A DNA stretch of 64,000 bases. Source: Chitinophagaceae bacterium (lineage in GTDB: Bacteria; Bacteroidota; Bacteroidia; Chitinophagales; Chitinophagaceae). The stretch's first letter is position 1; each line of letters starts with the position of its first letter. The notes below the pieces were generated by a model. The model saw nothing but the letters and a program-made list of their open reading frames with translations. It had not been told where the DNA came from and searched no databases. Shown here piece by piece: positions 24,901-35,076 of the stretch. A program made the translations under genes and the position numbers. The stretch is taken from contig JADJOC010000005.1 in assembly GCA_016713965.1 (NCBI GenBank), positions 637-64,636 on the forward strand. The letters run 5' to 3'.

Positions 24901-27900
24901 GGAGTTTCATTGGTATATTTTTCAATCGTATCTTTACTCATATACTCCCTTATCACGCCTTGATTGGGAATATTTGCAGCCATTTTATCCAATCCTTTTT
25001 TATCTCCACCACCTTCACCATCACTCATAGGTTTATCACCGCCCTTTGGCGGTTCTACTGGCGGCTTTTGCCCTCCTTCTTTTGCTGGCGGCTCAACTTC
25101 ACCAGCTTTTGCATTAACAGCACCTTCGCTCTCTGCTTGGATAGTATTTTTGGGAACTTCTGCTTTGGCTTCATTTTTTATCTCTGGTTTAGTAGATAGG
25201 TATTGTTCTTTGGGATTATTTAGTTCCGCTAAGTTTTCTGTATGATGAAAAATGTCGTCTAAAATAGTTGGGTCTTTTAATCCTAACATTTTTGCAACTG
25301 CATCTAAGAATTGCTTAAATACATTTGGTTTTTTGCCTTCGCTTTTAAACTTTGAAAGTATGTCTTGAAATTCAGGATTAGCCATTGCCTCTGCAACAAA
25401 TTCATCCAAATTTTTAAATACGTTATAATTGGTGTCAATTCCATTCTTTTCAAATATGCCTTTAACCTTGTGGTAAATTCTGTTTAGATTATTTAATGCT
25501 TCTAAATCGGTATCTGTTAAGTGATGTAACTGGTCTTTATCAAAGAATGTAATCTTCATTGAAGTTAATTGGTGAATAGCTTCATGTAAAAATGTCTTTA
25601 CCCTATCAGGGGCTTCTTTACTAAGCGTAATGCCATTTAATTTACTACTCTTACCAAATGCCTGTTTACCTTTTTCGTTTACCAACTTATCTACAAAATT
25701 TGTTTTAACCCCTTTTAGTTTATCCCTTATAAGTTTTGCTAATTCAGCAAATGCACCGCCTCTGTTTTCTGCTTCATTAAGTAAATTCTCTGTATGTTGT
25801 TCTGGAGTTGGTTCGGCTTTACTATTGGCTAACTCATGGTCTTTTTTAAGTGCTTCAAATTTATCAATAGCTTTTTGCGAATATGCTTTGGTATTAGCAT
25901 CCTTACCTTTCATATTTTCTTGGTGATGCTCAATAAGTTTATTCAAAGCAACAATCGGATCTGTCAAAGCCAACTTATGCAATTCAGGATTAGTTTCAGC
26001 CAACCCACTAACAAAACTATCAACCCGTCCTTTTGCATCCTTCTGCTCCTGTGTCAATTCCACATTTTCCCCTACACCACTACCTTCTCCCCTACCATTT
26101 ACTTCTATTGGTGGTGGCACATTATCACCTTCTGGTATTCCTGTGGCTTGGTCAATACCTTCAATCTTTTCTGATTGGCTGGTATCTTCTTCTTTTGGTT
26201 TGTTTTCTATAATATCATTAATAGCTTCCAGTTCTGCCTTGGATTCCTTAACCTCTTTTTCATTTGGTTCAATAGTTTTACCTTCAGCATCTTTTTTAGG
26301 CTCTAGCGATTTTTCCAACGAATTTTTTCTTGATTCTAATTGTTTATCGGTTTTAGGTTCAAGTATGTAATCATTTTTAAAATCAGCTACTAAGGCTGTA
26401 TGTTCTGCTTTTTCTTTTTGACGTGGTGGGAGTTGTTTTTTTAGCGCTTCGTTTTTAACCGCTTCGTTATATAAATAATCACCTTTTTCTTTTTCAGACA
26501 AAGGTTGCCCTTTTGAATTTGTTGTAGGTAAATTTTTATAAGCGGCTGCGGAACTTTCAATGCTGTTTTTTACTTGCTCAAAATCAGTTGTAGATAAATT
26601 GCCATCCTTTACCATTTGTCTAGCCTGCTCAATAAATTCAGTAGGATTTTTACCTGTTTCTAAAAATGAACTTTTCTGTAATTCAGTTGGCGATTTATAA
26701 CCAATATGCCCTAATCCTGCGCCTAAAATACCAAAATTCAAAACTCCTATTAATGATTGTTTGAAATTTTGCTCCCTGTCAATTGGTGTGCCTAATACTT
26801 GGTTTTTTAACTCATTACCAGCCGCCATAAAACCCTCAAATTTTGCACCTGCTTTTGCACCTTCTGCAAACATTTTAGGAGTAGCTTTTACCCTTTCTGC
26901 AATTCCACGCAATGCCTTTGGAGTTTTAGACATCATTGCTGATATTTCACTATCAGTCATTTTGTTGATTATCTTTCCTGCGGATGTTTCCATGCCAGCC
27001 ATTTTCTTTATTGCCTCTGCTGTTCCTGCGCCTGCCATTGCAAAAGAACTTATAGCAGTTGAAGCCATAGCATATTTGTAGGCTTCGGATTGTGGCTTGC
27101 CATCCATTATTGCGGCGGCATATTCATCATGGAAACTTGTTGCGGCAGCAGCAGTAAATGTTGATATAAATTTTCTTGCTGCCCCTGCGCTTGCGCCGCC
27201 ACCTGTTACTGATTCCAAAGCAATAAAAGGCACTAAAGTTGCTGCAATATCAGTAACTCCATATAATATTGAAGATGGGGAAACATCAAATTTTCCTCCC
27301 TTTATAGGAACTCTGCCAAATTTGTCTAAATTGTTTTTTAATAGGCTTGTTACCTGCTTTTCTTTTTGCTCATCACTTAATGATTTATTATTTTTTACAA
27401 TATCTATTTGTGATTGCAATTCAGGCTGTATCAATAACTGGCTATCATTAATACTTTTATTTTTATCTGTTTTATGAAAGGTATATTGCTCTTTTAAATT
27501 TTCTCCCATGATAGCCAACTCACGCATATTATTACTTGCATCAGACATAAAAGGACTGCTAACAGCTTCCCAAACGCCTTCTGCTGTATGGGCTACAGAA
27601 GTAAATAACTTCCCTGCTAAATACCCACCAAAATTAGCACGTTGCCCTAAAACTTCTTGGAGGGCATCATCTACCTTATTATCTACTCTATCAGGATATT
27701 TGCTATCTAATTCATTATTATAAGTTGTTAATTCATTATATTTTTTTTCTAATTGTTCAGCTTTTGATAATTGTTCAGGGGATAAGCCACCACCATTATT
27801 TTTTGCCTCTTTGTTTAAACTATTTAAATCTTCATTGATGGCATTTAGTTGAAGATTAACTCCCGTTTCTTCTAAAGTTTGCATCAAATGATTGTATCCT

Positions 27901-28925
27901 TTTTGTTCATTTGGTTTATCCTTTAGTGATTTAGCATCAATAAAAAGCCTTTCATATTGCTTGGCTTTTTCGGGAGATAGGTCTTTTATATATTGATACC
28001 CCAATAAAGCGTTATTACTTAAATACTTACTTTCTTCTGAATCTTTAACTATATTATCAAACCCATTTTTATAAGCATCTCCATAAACTTTTGAACGCTC
28101 TGTGGCTAAAGCAGATTTTAACTTTTCTGCATCTTCCCCACCTACCTGATCGATTAAAGCTGCCTGCCCTTTAACTATTCCTCTTTGTTGGTTATAATCA
28201 CCTACATTATAATTATTTGTATTGCTTTTTGATGAATTTATTAAATATTGGCGGGTTTCTTCATCAATATTACCATCTGCAAATTGCTGGTTGATTTTAT
28301 CCCGTAACCCTACCTGCACTTTTGCAGTAGCAATACGCCTTTGGTAATTTTGTGGATTGTCTTTTTTTATTTGTATTAATTCCTCTGGTGTAAACCCTTT
28401 TTGAGTATAGGCTATTTCAGGCAACCCTTCTATTTCGCTAGAAAATTCATCAGCATCAATACCATACAATTCTTTAAATTGTTCTTTTTTCTTTTTGGCT
28501 TCACCAATAGAAACATCATCAGGTGCTTTCACAACAATATTTCCCCCCTTACCACTAGAGGGCATTGGAATATCTTTTGTCCTACTTTCTAAATCTTTTA
28601 TTTGCGTTATTTCACCTAATATCGGATTTATGCTACCGCTTTCTTCCGAAGGTAATGGAGAAGGTGATTGTGATTGGGATAAATCGTTGCCAGATTGCAA
28701 TGAGGATTTCTCGAAATTGATAGAACCGACTTTTTTTTTTACTCCACCTAAGCGTTTTTCATATTCATCAAAATCTCCCAAATCAAAACCTTTCTCTCCT
28801 ACTGCATTATAGAAGTTTTTTCTATCATCAGGAGTTCGCATTTTTGATTTAAAAGTATCGTAATCCCCTATATCAAATTGTTGAGATAATGCCTTATACA
28901 AGGCTTCTAATTCTTTTTCGTCCAT
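21933..28925 (-). CDS. giant virion/ejection-type protein with HEXXH zincin motif (2330 aa)
   Basis: Uninterrupted 6.99-kb ORF. LHEAIHQL is at aa 1113-1120, with HEAIH at nt 25572-25586. It also has Gly/Ala-rich hydrophobic stretches and a position equivalent to podovirus internal core proteins. Confidence 0.75.
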   Translation of the reverse strand: MDEKELEALYKALSQQFDIGDYDTFKSKMRTPDDRKNFYNAVGEKGFDLGDFDEYEKRLGGVKKKVGSINFEKSSLQSGNDLSQSQSPSPLPSEESGSINPILGEITQIKDLESRTKDIPMPSSGKGGNIVVKAPDDVSIGEAKKKKEQFKELYGIDADEFSSEIEGLPEIAYTQKGFTPEELIQIKKDNPQNYQRRIATAKVQVGLRDKINQQFADGNIDEETRQYLINSSKSNTNNYNVGDYNQQRGIVKGQAALIDQVGGEDAEKLKSALATERSKVYGDAYKNGFDNIVKDSEESKYLSNNALLGYQYIKDLSPEKAKQYERLFIDAKSLKDKPNEQKGYNHLMQTLEETGVNLQLNAINEDLNSLNKEAKNNGGGLSPEQLSKAEQLEKKYNELTTYNNELDSKYPDRVDNKVDDALQEVLGQRANFGGYLAGKLFTSVAHTAEGVWEAVSSPFMSDASNNMRELAIMGENLKEQYTFHKTDKNKSINDSQLLIQPELQSQIDIVKNNKSLSDEQKEKQVTSLLKNNLDKFGRVPIKGGKFDVSPSSILYGVTDIAATLVPFIALESVTGGGASAGAARKFISTFTAAAATSFHDEYAAAIMDGKPQSEAYKYAMASTAISSFAMAGAGTAEAIKKMAGMETSAGKIINKMTDSEISAMMSKTPKALRGIAERVKATPKMFAEGAKAGAKFEGFMAAGNELKNQVLGTPIDREQNFKQSLIGVLNFGILGAGLGHIGYKSPTELQKSSFLETGKNPTEFIEQARQMVKDGNLSTTDFEQVKNSIESSAAAYKNLPTTNSKGQPLSEKEKGDYLYNEAVKNEALKKQLPPRQKEKAEHTALVADFKNDYILEPKTDKQLESRKNSLEKSLEPKKDAEGKTIEPNEKEVKESKAELEAINDIIENKPKEEDTSQSEKIEGIDQATGIPEGDNVPPPIEVNGRGEGSGVGENVELTQEQKDAKGRVDSFVSGLAETNPELHKLALTDPIVALNKLIEHHQENMKGKDANTKAYSQKAIDKFEALKKDHELANSKAEPTPEQHTENLLNEAENRGGAFAELAKLIRDKLKGVKTNFVDKLVNEKGKQAFGKSSKLNGITLSKEAPDRVKTFLHEAIHQLTSMKITFFDKDQLHHLTDTDLEALNNLNRIYHKVKGIFEKNGIDTNYNVFKNLDEFVAEAMANPEFQDILSKFKSEGKKPNVFKQFLDAVAKMLGLKDPTILDDIFHHTENLAELNNPKEQYLSTKPEIKNEAKAEVPKNTIQAESEGAVNAKAGEVEPPAKEGGQKPPVEPPKGGDKPMSDGEGGGDKKGLDKMAANIPNQGVIREYMSKDTIEKYTNETPQNNQEIIKQELLPALLHGEKVIEKSKEVFGDEYVEKLLEYVGKENLPIPNKALIYISLENALAKEKLESPNVERINKLQKLVYEKSQAFSRENSLALNMARLRKIAEVGYDTSKITDSFFSSKELEKKSDIEKALEADADIINKESEVKEVENEQVNLDKNAQIEKMVEEGVAKEIDKIYKELPTERRKKADKAIAALESIQKKLRSKLYDAGLGVPVAIIDAGITTIKNAIKAGVKVADAIELGIKKIKEKYGKNWEKEDEFRKDYLKGFEENKVNVKENDKSIQQTVKEALIDAGFNRTTTIKGEKRKILDWKKLAGEEGSIDKIKSNVEKALLDKGMSKEEVQKMQGELIEEYNTLRASIIEKSMNELAKRNKESVSPEQKGAAKKLAELYNYGLFDKDTAEYDKLINTAIGSSISPQGFEQAKKIANAMQTLYSSSFKGVKLNDVSSKAAMQQLENNLRLLLSKEAKMQGNNNFKMANIVRSYMDISQTMVLNNLKQTVENPFSGAIQNAFEKIGGELSKEGIGTKQMAKHRNAMMKTIYKDMLVNGGVGYGDVNHQFTNRAKLDDYVNKLSDNQLYQGIASVLTGKATLDAMDAMFKQSITEKKFAHNLIKILTHETNKNRMSKDEAVKFVSEKLTGQTFKDAQVTAKEVIEKINKDAKEELVPTTQTSIDRFANDIVKSALEMGEKLTTEQIEAAYKAAYKAAGEGLGHEANNPLSAMVTGYTGSIEKKIQEAVKEKDWNRGAYLTYKSSIWRNMINPFVGGGTNWLVLKLEKTGLGLFTGLGYQLASGGKRSRIDLASESGMKYLERALYNQARYKDKYMRGAIGGGASLLTYLAFMGVASTDDYREWRNKNKWSKRYLDTFTPEFLLTQMAAENEELGYYFKNILNKNDSFDATTKAIKAIDYAEKGDKGKMWGSLGEVVGSKFNLPLPWRLVKDGKVLYQGITGKDPYSGDFSPSQGVWNGIFKGGFIEYLGYRPEKSK

Positions 28926-30436
28926 TACCAGCTAATTTTTGTTTTTGATTTTGGCAAATTAGGTCGATCAGATTTACTAGAACTAGCACTACTTTTCTTA
29001 CCTTCTTTTGTTCCACCTGACTTAACCCCACCTCCAGATAACATATTTATTTTTGGTGTTGTATTAGCAGCACCATTAACATACGATACTAACCAACCAT
29101 CTTTTTTAAACTTATTCCCCATATACCCATCTACTACAGGAGTGTACTCTTCCGTTTTCGTATTATAGAAAATATCTTTTGCTTTGCTTTTTGTCAATAA
29201 AGGCTTGCCATTTTTGTCTGTTTTTGGTTTACCATCTTCATCAACAACTGGAATTTCTACATCAAAATTATCTAGATCAGTTGGCGATACATTTAATTTA
29301 ATGGTGTTATCAGTATCGATCCCAAGATTCCCAAACATAGACGGCAACTTGCTGCCATTTTTAATTTGATTAAGACGATAATCTTCAAGATTATTGTATG
29401 CTTCATTTTGTTTATATTCAGAATCGGCTCTTCTAATTTTAGAATATATATTTGCTAATGCTACTTGATGTGGGAATTTATGATTATCCTCAAAATCAAC
29501 TTGATTAGCATATCTTTTTTCCATTTGGTATTTCCAATCAGTTTTAACTTCTTCTCCTCTTTTAGCATAACTAGCGGCTTTCATCATATAATCTGCTTTT
29601 GCAAGTTTTGCTGGTGTATCTACGACAGCATTTTTCCCTTCAACTCCTTGTAAAAACCCTGTGGCTTTTGCTACTAATTCTGGGTCGTTATGCAATAAAT
29701 CATTATATGCTTTTCGCATTGATTTATCAGAAGACACCGCCCTTTCAGCATTATTTCCTATTTGTTCTATATTTTCTGTAGAATATGTTTCTACATATGG
29801 CATAATTACCTGCCCTGTTTTTTTATCATTTATTGCATTTTTTTCATCATAAGTTTTACCCCCTTTAATATTGCCAAATATTAACTTATCTGCTTTAGCC
29901 TGTCTTACTGTATCAAATTCAGGTGTATTAAATGAAATATTAGTTAAATCTACATCTCTGCCTAATTCATCATATCTTGAAGGATCATATATCGATTTCC
30001 CTTTTCTATCAATAAGTACCATATCATCATCATCTGGATTCCATTTACCAGATACCCTTTGCTCATTGAGCATATTTTCATCTTTCAATTCCTGCTTTGA
30101 TCTTTCTGCATCACTTAATAATTTTGTATGCCGCCTGTTAAATTCGGTAACAGTTTTATGCCCATCTAAAGAAGGATTTAAAAGATACTTTTTGTTTTCA
30201 GGATTCATTCCGAAATTCTTAAACTCCTCTAGCTGTTGAGACCATCCCCCAACTATATCTTTGTTACGCATTCCTGCTGGGGTAACATCTTGCAACGATT
30301 TCCCATAATAAGCCTCCAAAGCATCTTCTTTAGCCTTTTTTTTAGCCATTAAATTTGCTTGAAACATCAACACAGGTCTGCTATCAAAAACTCCCTGCCC
30401 CCCTGAATATAAATTTGGTGGATTTTGTAGTGCCAT
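28925..30436 (-). CDS. internal virion-type protein (503 aa)
   Basis: Intact ORF coupled to the giant gene by a 1-nt overlap. Confidence 0.6.
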   Translation of the reverse strand: MALQNPPNLYSGGQGVFDSRPVLMFQANLMAKKKAKEDALEAYYGKSLQDVTPAGMRNKDIVGGWSQQLEEFKNFGMNPENKKYLLNPSLDGHKTVTEFNRRHTKLLSDAERSKQELKDENMLNEQRVSGKWNPDDDDMVLIDRKGKSIYDPSRYDELGRDVDLTNISFNTPEFDTVRQAKADKLIFGNIKGGKTYDEKNAINDKKTGQVIMPYVETYSTENIEQIGNNAERAVSSDKSMRKAYNDLLHNDPELVAKATGFLQGVEGKNAVVDTPAKLAKADYMMKAASYAKRGEEVKTDWKYQMEKRYANQVDFEDNHKFPHQVALANIYSKIRRADSEYKQNEAYNNLEDYRLNQIKNGSKLPSMFGNLGIDTDNTIKLNVSPTDLDNFDVEIPVVDEDGKPKTDKNGKPLLTKSKAKDIFYNTKTEEYTPVVDGYMGNKFKKDGWLVSYVNGAANTTPKINMLSGGGVKSGGTKEGKKSSASSSKSDRPNLPKSKTKISW

Positions 30437-30474
30437 TTTATAAATTAAAAAATGTATTTTATATTACTGATTTA

Positions 30475-31092
30475 TTAAAACATATATGGTTGCATGGCTA
30501 ATTCTTGCCCACCACCTCCACTACTTTTTGAACCTTGCCCTAATTGATAACCTCCTGCCATTGTCCCTAACCCATTAAAAATGTTTTTCAAACCATCGTT
30601 TGCTGTTCTTGCATTAGCCCCAGCTTTCATAGCAAGCAAATTGTATTTTCTTTCAAAAGGCTGCATTTTATTAATATTAAAAGCCTGTCTATCTTCACCA
30701 GCTTTCATTTGTGTTGCACCCCCTAATTGTGAAAATCTTTGGTCTTTTTGATTTTCTGCGGCAATACCTGCTTTTAATAATGAATCATTTTGCCCTTGTA
30801 TCAAACTGGAAATACCAGCAAGACCGCTTCTTCTATTATTTAATGCACCAATACCTTGATTAACTCCTCTACCTATATTTTGTTGTTGAGTTTTGTAAAG
30901 GGTGCTATTGTAAGGATTTACATTATAACGTTGTAAAGCATTGTTATAATAGGATAATACATATTCATTAGGGTTATAGGTAGGGCTTTGTAAATTCTCT
31001 AATTCTTTTTGTGATTTTTTAGCTTTTCGCCCTCCAAAAAAACTTTGCAATAACCCTGCCCCTGCTGTTACCGCTCCAATTGTTACTGGCAT
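30475..31092 (-). CDS. Gly/Gln/Asn-rich virion-type protein (205 aa)
   Basis: Intact ORF with a hydrophobic Gly-rich N-terminus. Confidence 0.55.
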   Translation of the reverse strand: MPVTIGAVTAGAGLLQSFFGGRKAKKSQKELENLQSPTYNPNEYVLSYYNNALQRYNVNPYNSTLYKTQQQNIGRGVNQGIGALNNRRSGLAGISSLIQGQNDSLLKAGIAAENQKDQRFSQLGGATQMKAGEDRQAFNINKMQPFERKYNLLAMKAGANARTANDGLKNIFNGLGTMAGGYQLGQGSKSSGGGGQELAMQPYMF

Positions 31093-31508
31093 ATTAATTC
31101 AGTTATATTGTTATCAAAATAATTTATTCTCATATTTTTCTTTTGCAGCCATTTTATAGCCCTTGTATTTGTATTCCATAAACAGCATATAAATAAACCC
31201 AATTCTTTTTTTATGCTATCATATAAAAAATCTAGCCATTCCTTTACCCTATATTTAATATTTAAAGCAAAGCTGATTAAAGCATTATCTATGTACACAA
31301 AATATCCAATCAATTTATCCTCATCAAAAATACCTTTATATAAACTCCCTTCATATTCTAATATTTTACTGCCTATATCTTCAACAATATCGTCAATATT
31401 TTTAGGGTTCTCGTTTGGGTCATAAAACTTAAAAATATCCATATCATTTTCAAAAGCCACTTTTATAGCTTGTAATAATAAATTATATGAAATATTTTTT
31501 ATTGTCAA
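31083..31508 (-). CDS. possible GNAT-like acetyltransferase (141 aa)
   Basis: The C-terminal LWNTNTRAIKWLQKKNMRI resembles the GNAT N..RAi..yek.GF segment. The assignment is weak. Confidence 0.35.
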   Translation of the reverse strand: MTIKNISYNLLLQAIKVAFENDMDIFKFYDPNENPKNIDDIVEDIGSKILEYEGSLYKGIFDEDKLIGYFVYIDNALISFALNIKYRVKEWLDFLYDSIKKELGLFICCLWNTNTRAIKWLQKKNMRINYFDNNITELICQ

Positions 31509-34500
31509 TCATCTGTTTGTTAGTGGACTATCCACAAATTTAACTGAAATTTCGCTTAGATACACTAAGGTATTGGCATTTGTTTTTTGAAAGGTTATGG
31601 TGATGTATTCCCCTTTTAAACTATCCCCATCAATAATTCCTCCTAAAGAATTAATATCTCTAAGAAAAGCTGCATGAAACTGGTTTTCCAACCTTTCAAA
31701 ATCTTCTGTTATTAATTCGCTTTGCTGATTGGTTGTACCGTAGCTGGTAGTTTGTGTTTCTATTTGTGGACATTCAAACAAATCACTGGCTACTTCGGTT
31801 AAACTCAACCATGTTTTCTTTTCTAAAAGTGGGTTGGTAAAAACAAGCGTAATACTGCAATCATATTGCTTTCCAAAAAAATTACAATATGTGTTACTAT
31901 TATGCACATACATTTGTCCATCTTTCCATGAATATAAAACGTCTTCTGCACTTAGCATCCATTCAGGATAAACGGTATAAAAACTGCAATACCCATTTCT
32001 TTTTTCATTGAAGGAAAAGGTGTAGTTGTCAATGGTAGTTTCTCCATTTATTCCTCCCTGTAAAATACAGATGTATTCTTCATCAAAGAAATTGTATGCC
32101 CCTAATATTTTTGCTGTGCCTCCTGTTGGACGTTCAAAAGTTTTATTATAAGGCGTGAGTAAGGAACGGATATAAAATTGCCCTTTGTACAATTCACTGA
32201 TTGGTGTTAGCCCATCTTGTGCAAGCCTTACCTGATAACCACGTACAGGATCAGCAAAATAAAATTGATTTGCTCCAACTACTACACTTGTGTATTGATC
32301 TCCTACCCCATAATCGCCTTTAGCATAATCTATATTATTAGTCGTTATAATTTCATTGGTAGTTACTAATTGAGATTGCCCTGAATTGTTTTGAATAAAC
32401 CTTGCATAAATTCCATACTTCCCTACTGCACGATTTTGAAAAACTACTAACAGCCTACCCCAAACCTTAAACATTTGTATATCCCCTTTCGCCCTGTCTA
32501 TTTCATCAAAATTGGAAGAAAAAAATCGGTTGGTTTGATTGATATTGGTATTTTGCTGGTACTCTAAACTCCATCTGGATTGTGTAGAATAAAATGTTTT
32601 TTTAGCATACTCATCCACCAAAAACGGCCTGCCTATATTGGTAACTTTACTAAGATATTTATCGGATACCGATTCGTCAATAATCCATATTAATGCAGTG
32701 GTTTGCAGATTATCTGTTATAGGCTGGTTTCTTTGCCTAATATAATAATCCCCTCTGGCAAAGTTAAATATCGCTGGTTGTATAGCGGTTTGGTTTTGTA
32801 CATTCCCTTCATGATACCTCTCTGCTGTTCCCCAATTAATTACATTATAGGATTCCCCAAATTCATAAAATACCAACTGGCTTTCTTCGGAATTTAAAAC
32901 TGGTGTATATTGTTCACAATACCAATTATTATTTCCGCCTGTTCCAAAAACAGCCATATAAGCAGCATCATAAGGAACTTTTAACCATTGACCTGTTAAG
33001 GTTACTGCATTATTTTGTATTTTTTCATCAATTACCAAATCAATTAATGGCACATCTAAAACACTTACAGCAGCACCGTATTTACCTACCAATCTTATCC
33101 TGTCTCCTTTTGTAAATCCATAAGCAGGATAATTATTGGTATTGGTATTAAAAGCGGTAATATCTAAATAACCATACCCTGTTGTAGTATCTTTATTTGT
33201 TCCACTGGAAACAAAATAAAAAGAAGATTTTGCGGTAAGGTTTTCTGCCCTTACCCATGAAAAAGACTTTGCCCAAATGGGAGGTTGATGGTTGACATCA
33301 AAAGTGATTAAAGTATTTAGCGGCTGCGTACTTCCTGTGGTATCAATTTCCTCAGTTATTACATTCATCACATCGGTAGTCAATACCCCATTAGTTTTTC
33401 CAAATTCATCAAAGTACACTAAACCAAAAGCATACCTACTTTTTGGCCTCCAACAAGCAATAGAAATATCAAAAACATCTGGTGGAGTGCCATATACTAT
33501 AGAGTAGCCCATACCAAAAACCATAGTCCAAGGATCGACTTGTATAGTAGTACCAAAAAGTGTTGTCGCATCAGACCCAGCTATTTCAGGAAGCCCTAAT
33601 GATATATAGTAAGCAATAATATCTGCGATCGTGCCGCCAGGCAAAACAGTATATTCATAATCAGTAGTTATATCATTATAAGTTACCGATATAGTTACCT
33701 TATCGCCAGTTTTAGGGTCTCCTGCAAAAATAAAATCATAGGAATCTAAATCATATAAATATACATCATCATTATATACTTCTTCATGGTGGTATATTTT
33801 GGTAATAGTTAACCCTACCCCTGCATCCCCATTTAAAAAAGTAGAAATGGAAGATTCTACATCCAGTACCGTATCTTTATCATATCCCAAAGTAATCCCT
33901 CCATAAATAATAACATTCCCATTTAATAATTCTTGTGTATTGGCGATATCAGGCACATAATCAAATAACTGTAAAGATTCTTGTATATCTGTAGGAGGAT
34001 AAGAACTGTCATTGTAAAAATAATAATCTACGGAGGAATTATCCCCTATGCTTTCTGCTACTTTATCAATCACTTTTATCAAAAGGTCATCACTAAAGAC
34101 ATCGTTGGCTACAAGTACCCTTCCTGCTATTTGTATTTTAGTTACATCTGCATTTCCTGAATCGGGAATGGTAAGCAGGATATTGTTATTTTTAGTAGGG
34201 TCAACATCGGAGGCTAAGTCGTCTGGATTGACAGGGCTTGGTATTTTAGAATAAGAAGACCATGTGCTTAATGTATTATCCTTGTTTTGAAACCTATACC
34301 TAAACTGGTAGAGGGAACTTCTAAGGTTATTGATATTTACCAGTGCATCATCTTGGTAAGACACCACAATTGGCGGTATAGATACCTGCCTTGCTACAGT
34401 AAGATAGCTGGTAAGCCATGTATTATTGTAAATATTATTTAAGGCATCTTTAATATTTAATTTCATAGGACGGTTATTTCTGGCGCACCAGTGAATAATA

Positions 34501-34907
34501 TCCCCGTCATCTTCTGTAGTGTATAAAATATTGATAGAAGCTACAGGATAGTTCCTATCAAAATCAAAAATATCAGTAACGCTGTTTACAAATGATATGA
34601 GTAATGGAGTTACTACTCCTAATTTAATTTCATATTGATAAACCCCATTATAGCCATTACTATTCCAGTTAAACCAAATTATTCTTTGTTTTAACTGGTC
34701 ATAAAAAGAGCCTATACATTCATTCTGCCCCTCTGGTAAATCCTCGTTTTGAATAAGTACATTGCCCGGTATATTCTGAAACCGTAACCCTTGTTGCGTA
34801 CCATAAAACCTGCCATTTAAAGCGTGTTTATGATTAGGAGGTAGGATAAAATCCTGACCTGAATCGGTATCCATTACCCCATTAAATAACTTATTGATTA
34901 TTGGCAT
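31509..34907 (-). CDS. large tail structural protein, nozzle/tubular-B-like by position (1132 aa)
   Basis: Intact 3.4-kb ORF following the 259-aa protein, as in the T7 gp11/gp12 order. Confidence 0.6.
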   Translation of the reverse strand: MPIINKLFNGVMDTDSGQDFILPPNHKHALNGRFYGTQQGLRFQNIPGNVLIQNEDLPEGQNECIGSFYDQLKQRIIWFNWNSNGYNGVYQYEIKLGVVTPLLISFVNSVTDIFDFDRNYPVASINILYTTEDDGDIIHWCARNNRPMKLNIKDALNNIYNNTWLTSYLTVARQVSIPPIVVSYQDDALVNINNLRSSLYQFRYRFQNKDNTLSTWSSYSKIPSPVNPDDLASDVDPTKNNNILLTIPDSGNADVTKIQIAGRVLVANDVFSDDLLIKVIDKVAESIGDNSSVDYYFYNDSSYPPTDIQESLQLFDYVPDIANTQELLNGNVIIYGGITLGYDKDTVLDVESSISTFLNGDAGVGLTITKIYHHEEVYNDDVYLYDLDSYDFIFAGDPKTGDKVTISVTYNDITTDYEYTVLPGGTIADIIAYYISLGLPEIAGSDATTLFGTTIQVDPWTMVFGMGYSIVYGTPPDVFDISIACWRPKSRYAFGLVYFDEFGKTNGVLTTDVMNVITEEIDTTGSTQPLNTLITFDVNHQPPIWAKSFSWVRAENLTAKSSFYFVSSGTNKDTTTGYGYLDITAFNTNTNNYPAYGFTKGDRIRLVGKYGAAVSVLDVPLIDLVIDEKIQNNAVTLTGQWLKVPYDAAYMAVFGTGGNNNWYCEQYTPVLNSEESQLVFYEFGESYNVINWGTAERYHEGNVQNQTAIQPAIFNFARGDYYIRQRNQPITDNLQTTALIWIIDESVSDKYLSKVTNIGRPFLVDEYAKKTFYSTQSRWSLEYQQNTNINQTNRFFSSNFDEIDRAKGDIQMFKVWGRLLVVFQNRAVGKYGIYARFIQNNSGQSQLVTTNEIITTNNIDYAKGDYGVGDQYTSVVVGANQFYFADPVRGYQVRLAQDGLTPISELYKGQFYIRSLLTPYNKTFERPTGGTAKILGAYNFFDEEYICILQGGINGETTIDNYTFSFNEKRNGYCSFYTVYPEWMLSAEDVLYSWKDGQMYVHNSNTYCNFFGKQYDCSITLVFTNPLLEKKTWLSLTEVASDLFECPQIETQTTSYGTTNQQSELITEDFERLENQFHAAFLRDINSLGGIIDGDSLKGEYITITFQKTNANTLVYLSEISVKFVDSPLTNR

Positions 34908-35073
34908 CTTGCTCTTTTGTTAATTTGTATTCTTCACAACGATATTCACTTTCATTATCAAACCCATATTTTTTAGCACAGGCATCACAAACAGTTATTC
35001 TTGAACCTTTTTTATTAAAATAGGATTTTATTTTATCCATCAATCTGCCACATCTACAACTGTATTTACTCAT
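34891..35073 (-). CDS. Zn-ribbon protein (60 aa)
   Basis: CRCG...CDAC pattern. Confidence 0.5.
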   Translation of the reverse strand: MSKYSCRCGRLMDKIKSYFNKKGSRITVCDACAKKYGFDNESEYRCEEYKLTKEQDANNQ

Positions 35074-35076
35074 ATA

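Noticed and set aside
22000-28900. Many 60-130 aa + strand ORFs in the track inside the giant gene, and similar antisense ORFs inside the portal, terminase, scaffold, groEL, 1132-aa and 771-aa genes.
   Set aside because: They lie entirely antisense to long uninterrupted ORFs and have low-complexity Ser/Phe/Leu-rich translations typical of shadow frames. They have no independent start context or promoter motif.
21933-28925. The giant ORF as a crAss/N4-like virion RNA polymerase or as a tape-measure protein.
   Set aside because: I could not find a DxDxD-type double-psi beta-barrel catalytic motif by eye. No tail tube or chaperone genes accompany it. The HEXXH motif and hydrophobic blocks fit an ejected polyvalent protein better. 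A distant polymerase fold cannot be excluded without HHpred.
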